In this document: piece after piece, positions 57,626 to 64,000 of the stretch
Position numbering within the stretch: position 1 is the first letter of the stretch
Layout: each line of letters starts with the position of its first letter
IMG/VR virus record: IMGVR_UViG_3300021400_000206
Location: 1,615-65,614 of that record
Length of the DNA: 64,000 nucleotides
Reading direction: 5' to 3' (one strand)
From: a virus
The notes under the pieces: generated by a model
Told to the model about the DNA's origin: nothing
The model's input: the letters and a program-made list of their open reading frames with translations, nothing else
Databases searched by the model: none
Made by a program: the position numbers and the translations under genes

Positions 57626-57675
57626 TCTCCCGGCAGCGCGAGTCGCTGCTGCAACAAACTTTAAAAATAAGAATT

Positions 57676-59064
57676 ATGCCAAAGTACATTCCTTACAACT
57701 ATCAAGAAGAGGGGATCAAGAAAACCCTCGAAATGAAACGATGCATCAACGGCGACGAGATGGGATTGGGAAAGACCGGACAGGCTATTGTCAGTGTGGC
57801 CCGTGCAAAGGCTACCCCATGCCTTGTAATATGTCCTGCCTCTCTCAAGATTAATTGGGAGCGCGAGGTCGAGAACTTCACCGATCTCCGTCCTCTCATC
57901 CTCAACGATGCAGTCAAATCAACATTCCCTTACTTCATCGGCCAGCTCAATCTCTACGATGTGGTAATCGTCAACTACGAATCACTCAGAAAGTATTTCG
58001 TAGTCAAGGCCGAGAAGGGAGCCAAACTCAAGGACATCGTTTTTCAAGATGTCATCAAGCAGTTCAAGTCGGTAATCATCGACGAGAGCCATCGTTGCAA
58101 GAACCCATCCACCGCCACAGCCCGCTTTGTCATGGGTATATGCGACGGAAAAGAATATATCAACATGCTCACCGGTACGCCGATAGTCAACGACACGATG
58201 GATCTCGCTACCCAACTTTGCATCCTTGGTCGTATAGGCGATTTTGGTGGCTATAGTAATTTTGTTAATCAGTATAGCGAAGGCAAGCACCTGTCAGAGC
58301 TCAATGCCATCCTTCATAACTCTTGCTATTTCCGTCGTGGAAAGCGCGAGGTTTTGAAAGACCTTCCCGACCTAACACGCTCGAAGGTTATTACCGAGCT
58401 CTCAAACCAAGAGGAGTACGATCTCTGCGAGAACGACCTACGTTCATGGCTTACGGACTATAAGAAGCTAACCGATGCCGAAGCAAAGAAGAAAATGCGT
58501 ATGCAGGCGTTGGTAAAGTTCATGAACCTCCGCAAACTCGCAGGACAGGGCAAGGTTGAATCCGCTATCAGCTTCATCAAGGATAGCTCAGAGCAGATAG
58601 TCGTGTTTGCCGAACATCACGATATTGTAGATGCTCTTCTCGAAGAGCTCCCCGATGCAGTATGTGTCACCGGCCGTCAGAACGCCATTCAGAAGCAGGC
58701 AGCAATCGATGCTTTCCAGGCAGGCCAGCGAAAGGTTATTATCTGTTCCATCCAGGCTGCGGGTGTAGGACTTACTCTTACTGCATCATCGAATGTCCTA
58801 TTCGTTAATTTGCCATGGACGATGGCCGCTCTCTCTCAATGCGAGGCCAGATGCCATCGTAACGGACAGAAGAATGCAGTCAACTCATGGATTCTCATTG
58901 GCAGTCGAGGTGAAAAAGAAACTATCGACTCTTATCTCTACTATCTCATCATGAAGAAAGGCTCAATGGCCAGCCGTGTCACCGGTGCCACCGATGATGC
59001 CCTCAAGGATGAGAAATACTTCGACGAATTAGCAGATTTATTTATTAACGGAATAAAAGAATAA
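57676..59064 (+). CDS. SNF2-family helicase
   Basis: DEMGLGKT, CPASLK.NW, DESH, LTGTP, GVGLTL, QCEARCHRNGQ. Confidence 0.93.
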   Translation: MPKYIPYNYQEEGIKKTLEMKRCINGDEMGLGKTGQAIVSVARAKATPCLVICPASLKINWEREVENFTDLRPLILNDAVKSTFPYFIGQLNLYDVVIVNYESLRKYFVVKAEKGAKLKDIVFQDVIKQFKSVIIDESHRCKNPSTATARFVMGICDGKEYINMLTGTPIVNDTMDLATQLCILGRIGDFGGYSNFVNQYSEGKHLSELNAILHNSCYFRRGKREVLKDLPDLTRSKVITELSNQEEYDLCENDLRSWLTDYKKLTDAEAKKKMRMQALVKFMNLRKLAGQGKVESAISFIKDSSEQIVVFAEHHDIVDALLEELPDAVCVTGRQNAIQKQAAIDAFQAGQRKVIICSIQAAGVGLTLTASSNVLFVNLPWTMAALSQCEARCHRNGQKNAVNSWILIGSRGEKETIDSYLYYLIMKKGSMASRVTGATDDALKDEKYFDELADLFINGIKE

Positions 59065-59068
59065 AATT

Positions 59069-59473
59069 ATGGAAATCAAAGGAAAAGTTATCGCAATCCT
59101 CCCAAAGAAGAGTGGAGTTTCTGCACGTACCGGCAATAGCTGGGCTACGCAAGAGTTTGTTATCGAGACACCGGGTCAGTACCCCAAGAAAGTCTGTCTC
59201 CAAGTATATGGTGAGGACCGAATCAATCAGTTCAATATCCAAGGTGGTGAGGATTTGACTGTCAAGTTCGACATCGATGCTCACGAGTACAACGGAAAGT
59301 GGTTTAACTCACTCAATGCCTACGACATCGCCCGTGGAGGTCAGCAGCAGCCCGCTCCTCAGTCGGCACAAACGGCAGCTCCAGCTCCGGCAGCACCGCA
59401 GCCGCCATATATGCAGCCCGCCCCATTCCCTGTGGCTGATGATTCGAGTGTCAAAGATGATCTCCCCTTCTGA
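59069..59473 (+). CDS. DUF3127-family single-stranded DNA-binding protein
   Basis: MEIKGKVI...QYPKKV...FDIDAHEYNGKWFN; C-terminal DDLPF. Confidence 0.88.
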   Translation: MEIKGKVIAILPKKSGVSARTGNSWATQEFVIETPGQYPKKVCLQVYGEDRINQFNIQGGEDLTVKFDIDAHEYNGKWFNSLNAYDIARGGQQQPAPQSAQTAAPAPAAPQPPYMQPAPFPVADDSSVKDDLPF

Positions 59474-59475
59474 TC

Positions 59476-59913
59476 ATGAAGCTACGACTGCAGAACACAT
59501 CAACCGGTCTGGTTCCTCTCTACGACGAGGACTACGACGAGAAGAAGAAGCTCAAGCGAGGCGAGGTTTATGAGGCAGAGATTCGTCTGCCTCGTAACCT
59601 ATCGTTCTTTCGCAAATATTGGGCTCTTCTCCGTTGTGCCTGGGAGTATCTTAACGAGCGTCAGCAGGATTTCTTCCATAACGACATCGAAGTGTTCCGC
59701 AAGTCGCTCCAAGTAACGGCAGGCTGGTGCGAACCACTCTACAACATCAATACCGGCGAGTGGTATCACGCCCCGAAGTCCATCTCCTTCGAGTCTATGA
59801 AGGAAGAAGAGTTTTCTAAATTGTATAACAATGTGCGCGACATTCTCTTTCGGGCCATAATCCCGAATATCTCACAAGAGGAGTTTGAGCGCAACTTAGT
59901 AAATTTCCTCTGA
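59476..59913 (+). CDS. DUF1367/NinB-like protein
   Basis: PRNLSFFRKYWALL...PKSISFESM.EEEF. Confidence 0.75.
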   Translation: MKLRLQNTSTGLVPLYDEDYDEKKKLKRGEVYEAEIRLPRNLSFFRKYWALLRCAWEYLNERQQDFFHNDIEVFRKSLQVTAGWCEPLYNINTGEWYHAPKSISFESMKEEEFSKLYNNVRDILFRAIIPNISQEEFERNLVNFL

Positions 59914-60632
59914 TGAATACATACGTTACACTTTTATCCACATTTTGGCTCATCGACAGAGAGGTGCCGTTCACTGCAGCAGAGACGAGGCTATATGCCT
60001 ATCTTGTCAACACGGCGTTCGCTCTTGGTTATGACACCGGTTTGTCGAGGACGGACAATCTTCTTGCTGCAGAACTTAGCATGTCGCGCAACACATTGCT
60101 TACTGCAAGGGAGAAGTTGATATGTGCCGGGCTTATAGCTTTGGACGAAGGGAGACAGGGGCGCGCGAGGACTGTGTATCGCATCATGACCGATGTTAAT
60201 GTTCAAGTTGTTGTTCAAAAATTGAACAACAAACTGAACAATAAGCCCCACCTCAATCCTGCTCCTTCTGTCAAGAAGCCAAAGCAGATCAAGGTTGTAG
60301 AGAAGCATGTCGAGGCCGTGCAACCTACACTTTTCCCGGAAGCCATCGTTCCTGTGGAAGAAAAGCCGAAGGAGAAGGTCCGTAGGTTTGTTAAGCCTAC
60401 CGAAGAGCAGGTGGCAGGCTATATCAAGGAGAAGGGTTTCACATTCACGGCATCGGCCTTTATCGATTTCTACGAATCGAAGGGGTGGGTGGTAGGCAAA
60501 TCGCCCATGAAAGATTGGAAGGCCGCATGTCGAACTTGGTCGCGCATGGAGCGCACACCTTCTATAAGCAGAAAGTCAACAGTATTACAAGATAATTCAA
60601 TCAACAAATTCGAAAACGACTCATGGGATTAA
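59913..60632 (+). CDS. Replication initiator (lambda O-like)
   Basis: N-terminal winged HTH; C-terminal F..PT...F.DFYES.GW......MKDWKAA.RTW; internal iteron; followed by ATPase. Confidence 0.8.
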   Translation: MNTYVTLLSTFWLIDREVPFTAAETRLYAYLVNTAFALGYDTGLSRTDNLLAAELSMSRNTLLTAREKLICAGLIALDEGRQGRARTVYRIMTDVNVQVVVQKLNNKLNNKPHLNPAPSVKKPKQIKVVEKHVEAVQPTLFPEAIVPVEEKPKEKVRRFVKPTEEQVAGYIKEKGFTFTASAFIDFYESKGWVVGKSPMKDWKAACRTWSRMERTPSISRKSTVLQDNSINKFENDSWD

Positions 60633-61249
60633 AGAAAAACGAAACTCCTACTATTTCTCATGCTGTAGGCAATGAACTCTTCCGCATACAATCCGGTCGC
60701 GTGGTGTCCGACAATAAGGTGCGTTTCCGTCTCCCTAATGCTCGCGACATTTTGGGCCGTGGTCTCCGTCATTTCTGCGGCGACGATGCTCAGTGGCTCC
60801 CGGAGTATGATGATGTTGTAGCTTGGCTTTCCGACAACCAGGGTAAAGGTCTGCTTTGTCTCGGTAACTGCGGACGCGGAAAGACACTCATCTGTCAGAA
60901 TATCCTTCCGCTCATCTTTCGTCATTGGCTTGGGTTGTTTCTCAACACCTTCACTGCCAATGATCTCAACGAGCACAATGGAGAGCAGCGTTCCTACGAT
61001 GTCATCAAGCAGTACAAGATTATATCCATCGATGATGTTGGCACCGAGTCCGAGGCAGCACTCTTTGGCGAGAGGCATATATTCTTCAATGAGCTGGTCG
61101 ACGAGTGTGAGCGCAAGCAGAAGCTACTCATCGTTACTACCAATCTATCACGTAAGGAATTGAAGGAACGTTACGGCGAACGCACCACCGATCGCCTCCG
61201 GTCCATCACCACTACAATCGAGTTCAAAGGGAAATCATTAAGAAAATAG
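60623..61249 (+). CDS. DnaC/IstB-like ATPase (helicase loader)
   Basis: GNCGRGKT, IDDVG, TTNL, RYGER..DRL, G.SLR. Confidence 0.88.
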   Translation: MGLKKNETPTISHAVGNELFRIQSGRVVSDNKVRFRLPNARDILGRGLRHFCGDDAQWLPEYDDVVAWLSDNQGKGLLCLGNCGRGKTLICQNILPLIFRHWLGLFLNTFTANDLNEHNGEQRSYDVIKQYKIISIDDVGTESEAALFGERHIFFNELVDECERKQKLLIVTTNLSRKELKERYGERTTDRLRSITTTIEFKGKSLRK

Positions 61250-61253
61250 CATT

Positions 61254-61547
61254 ATGACGAGAATTTTTGTCCGGATTGCCAATTATGCCGAGTTTGCCAA
61301 AGTGGTAGACGGCAGCATTAAGCACTATCCGGAGATTCATTTCTACTCAAAAGAAGAAGTGGTAACACATCTTCGAGGTTGCGTACAGGACTTGATTCTT
61401 GCCGGTCGCTTGCTTGATGATGAATATGCCTACCAAGTACCATTGAGTGACACCCACGAAAAGGTGTATTGGTTCAAGCTGGTTGACTATCAGCATAAGG
61501 GCGATGTGTTAGAAATAGAATTATATTATAGAGGAACATTAAAGTAG
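61254..61547 (+). CDS. Hypothetical protein (97 aa)
   Basis: ORF track; operon packing. Confidence 0.7.
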   Translation: MTRIFVRIANYAEFAKVVDGSIKHYPEIHFYSKEEVVTHLRGCVQDLILAGRLLDDEYAYQVPLSDTHEKVYWFKLVDYQHKGDVLEIELYYRGTLK

Positions 61548-61553
61548 ATAATT

Positions 61554-62387
61554 ATGGATTACGAAAAGAAATACAAAGAGGCTTTTGAGCTCATGAAGGA
61601 TTGTATTCCCGATGAAAATGGTTTGGTACACGTCAGACCTTGTGAAATCTTCCCCGAACTTGCGGAGAGCGAGGACGAGAAGATAAGAAAAGTATTGGTT
61701 GATTATTTCACAGCTTACAAAGAACAAAAAGAATGTGGTATTAAGACATTCTACGGAATACCAACCGATAATATTATTGCTTGGCTTAAAAAGCAAGGCG
61801 AGAAAGAAAAGTTTATAAAGAAAGAGCTTGATTGCATTCGGGGCTTCCATGCTGAAATCATTGGTGACAAGGTTGTTATCAAGAAAGTCGAACAGAAGCC
61901 TACTGATGGTGAGCCAAAGTTTAAGGTCGGAAATTGGTATCAATGTACTAAATACTTCTTTGGCAGAGGTGTTACTTTTAACAAGAATACTGCGTATTAT
62001 TGCGCAAAAGAAGGGTGCTTAAAAAATGAATTTGGGTGTCACATAGCAATCGTTAAAGATTTGTATGATAATTTCAAATTATGGACTATCCAAGATGCAA
62101 AGGATGGTGATGTGCTTGTGTCTGAGTCCACATGTGGGATTAACACTTGGTATTGTATCTTCAAATCATTAGATGGCGATGAGAGTATGACAGTATATTG
62201 CTATCTTGCAAGGGATGGGAGGTTTGAAACAAAAAAAGAATTGTGTTTTGATAAAGACCCGTATAATACAAAACCCGCCACCAAAGAACAGCGTGACATC
62301 CTGTTCCAGAAGATGCACAAAGCTGGCTTTGAGTGGAATGCTGATAAGAAAGAATTAAAGAAAATAAATAATACTTATTGTGATTAA
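61554..62387 (+). CDS. Mosaic hypothetical protein (277 aa)
   Basis: FPELAESEDEKIRK, PKFKVG.W, WTIQDAKDGDVL, PATKEQRD modules; lower GC. Confidence 0.8.
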   Translation: MDYEKKYKEAFELMKDCIPDENGLVHVRPCEIFPELAESEDEKIRKVLVDYFTAYKEQKECGIKTFYGIPTDNIIAWLKKQGEKEKFIKKELDCIRGFHAEIIGDKVVIKKVEQKPTDGEPKFKVGNWYQCTKYFFGRGVTFNKNTAYYCAKEGCLKNEFGCHIAIVKDLYDNFKLWTIQDAKDGDVLVSESTCGINTWYCIFKSLDGDESMTVYCYLARDGRFETKKELCFDKDPYNTKPATKEQRDILFQKMHKAGFEWNADKKELKKINNTYCD

Positions 62388-62485
62388 AATGATTATACTT
62401 GAAGCAATTTTTAGTGCAATAATCGGTGCTATTATAGGCTATGTTATTGCTTTAGTCGAACATAAGTTTACTAATAAATAAGGTT

Positions 62486-62926
62486 ATGAAAACAAACGAA
62501 TTAATGATTGGCGATTGGGTGATGGTTAATGATATAGAACATACCCATCCTCTACAAGTAACAGAAATATTCAATAAATGTGGAGCATACTATGCAACTC
62601 TTTATTGGGATGGTATGCCAGACAATGTTAATCCAGAAGTATTGACTGCTGATGTTGACAAGGTATTGCCTATCCCTCTCACCCCAGAGATTCTTGAAAA
62701 GAATTGGTTTAGAAAAATAAGTGAAGGGCGATTCTTGCTTGAAGATTCAGAAGATTTATATTGGGTAAAATTTTATCCAAAAGATACCAACTACACATGT
62801 GGGGCTTACGATTACATAGACCTTGAAAGTGGTTGCATATCTATTAGGGAAATGCCTATAGAGTTCGTCCATGACCTCCAACATGCTATGCGTATTTGTG
62901 GTATTGAAAAAGAAATTGAACTTTAA
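62486..62926 (+). CDS. Hypothetical protein (146 aa)
   Basis: ELMIGDWV...PIPLTPEILEKN...VHDLQHA. Confidence 0.8.
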   Translation: MKTNELMIGDWVMVNDIEHTHPLQVTEIFNKCGAYYATLYWDGMPDNVNPEVLTADVDKVLPIPLTPEILEKNWFRKISEGRFLLEDSEDLYWVKFYPKDTNYTCGAYDYIDLESGCISIREMPIEFVHDLQHAMRICGIEKEIEL

Positions 62927-62938
62927 AAGAACAAAGTT

Positions 62939-63154
62939 ATGAAAAAAGAATTACCGAATAAGATATGGCTTGATTCACGCAGCGTTTTCTTTAACAAGCC
63001 TAACAAAAGCGGACTTACAGAGTACGCTCGCACCGACACCATTATAGAAATGGCAAAAGAATACATATACAAGCAACTTAATGAAGGTTGTATTGAATGT
63101 GGAGATATTGAGAGTTTTGTGGAGAACATGGGAAAGTATATGAAAGGAGAGTAA
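62939..63154 (+). CDS. Hypothetical protein (71 aa)
   Basis: ORF track. Confidence 0.65.
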   Translation: MKKELPNKIWLDSRSVFFNKPNKSGLTEYARTDTIIEMAKEYIYKQLNEGCIECGDIESFVENMGKYMKGE

Positions 63155-63275
63155 GGTATGGATTACGAAGACCAAGATTTTGACTATCGCAAACCTATGC
63201 CTAAAAAGGAGAAATTGCATAGGAAACGATTACAGAGAATACAGGTTATAAGAAATCAAAAGAAAGAGTAAAGTT

Positions 63276-63659
63276 ATGGAAAAGTATATATCGTTAGATG
63301 CCGTATTGGCGGAGATAGAGAAGATTATTGCTGATGAAACCGAAAGCATTAAGTGTTTTGAGCGTCGCAGAAACGTAAGTGAAGTGCAGCGCAGTAATGC
63401 AAGAATAGGCGTGTTGACACACTTACGCTCTCGTCTCAACACCCTTGAGGTGAAAGAGGTAGATTTGGAGAAAGAGATAGAAAAGTATGCTTATTCTCTT
63501 CCACATTCAGCAATTGGAGCAACAATCTATGTTTCTGATATAAAATCTCCTATAGCAAGGGAGTTCGGTATCAAACATGATTGGTCATATGAATGTGTAG
63601 AACAAATTGCCAAACATTTCTTTGAACTTGGGTTTAAAGCACAGAAAAATGAAGGTTGA
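63276..63659 (+). CDS. Hypothetical protein (127 aa)
   Basis: EVKEVDLEKE...IAKHFFELG. Confidence 0.7.
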   Translation: MEKYISLDAVLAEIEKIIADETESIKCFERRRNVSEVQRSNARIGVLTHLRSRLNTLEVKEVDLEKEIEKYAYSLPHSAIGATIYVSDIKSPIAREFGIKHDWSYECVEQIAKHFFELGFKAQKNEG

Positions 63660-64000
63660 AGAAAATGTTGCAAAAGAGAAATGTCTGAAAGCACCAAAAT
63701 GCTTTTGGTACTACAAAGGTGGATGCTATGTTTCACCCTATATAGGGTGTGTAAGAAATAAAGCACAGAAGGGAGAAAAGGTATGTTAAATAGTGATTCT
63801 GGATTCTGTATGTCCGATGGTTCAAATTGTTTTAAATGTGCCTTGTTACGTTGGTGTGGAGGTAAACAAAGAAGAAATTAAATAATTATAGCGTATGACA
63901 GACAAAGAGAAAATATTGGCTGAGATTGAAAGGCTTGAAAAGGAAAACTGTATGAACAACGGTGAACACTTCTGTATGCGGAGAGCACTTTGTTTAGGAC

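Noticed and set aside
1-64000. Stop-codon reassignment, DGR or retron
   Set aside because: TAG, TGA and TAA all end genes normally; no reverse transcriptase or adenine-variable repeat pair seen in this window.

Overview
The whole 64-kb window looks like one temperate, long-tailed dsDNA phage of Bacteroidales (Prevotella-like). Host assignment rests on TAnnTTTG promoters, no Shine-Dalgarno motifs and DUF4494/DUF3127-type genes; the genetic code is standard. Layout: a 5'-truncated tail fibre (+); an uncharacterised Gly-rich/CCC cassette and lysis genes (-); a head-tail operon (-) led by a tRNA-fMet-like gene; terminase, portal and HNH (+); nucleotide and helicase genes (-); an AT-rich divergence zone; a long early run of small genes (+); an iteron array; two tyrosine recombinases; an attP matching the 3' half of tRNA-Gly(CCC); a cI/cro-like switch; a structured-RNA cluster; and recombination/replication genes. 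Strongest novel signals: (1) a GT2 glycosyltransferase and a Stealth-family sugar-1-phosphate transferase inside the tail operon, with poly-Ser C-terminal tails on both capsid and tail-tube proteins (candidate virion phosphoglycosylation system); (2) about 18 copies of a stop-codon-fused TAGTCT-hairpin-TTAACC element punctuating the early genes next to an armless tyrosine recombinase (cassette-like array or mRNA-processing system); (3) a promoter-driven pseudoknot sRNA; (4) a tRNA body with a 49-nt anticodon loop; (5) the same palindromic iteron at a putative origin and inside the initiator gene 12 kb away. All product calls are by-eye motif recognition; no database searches were run.
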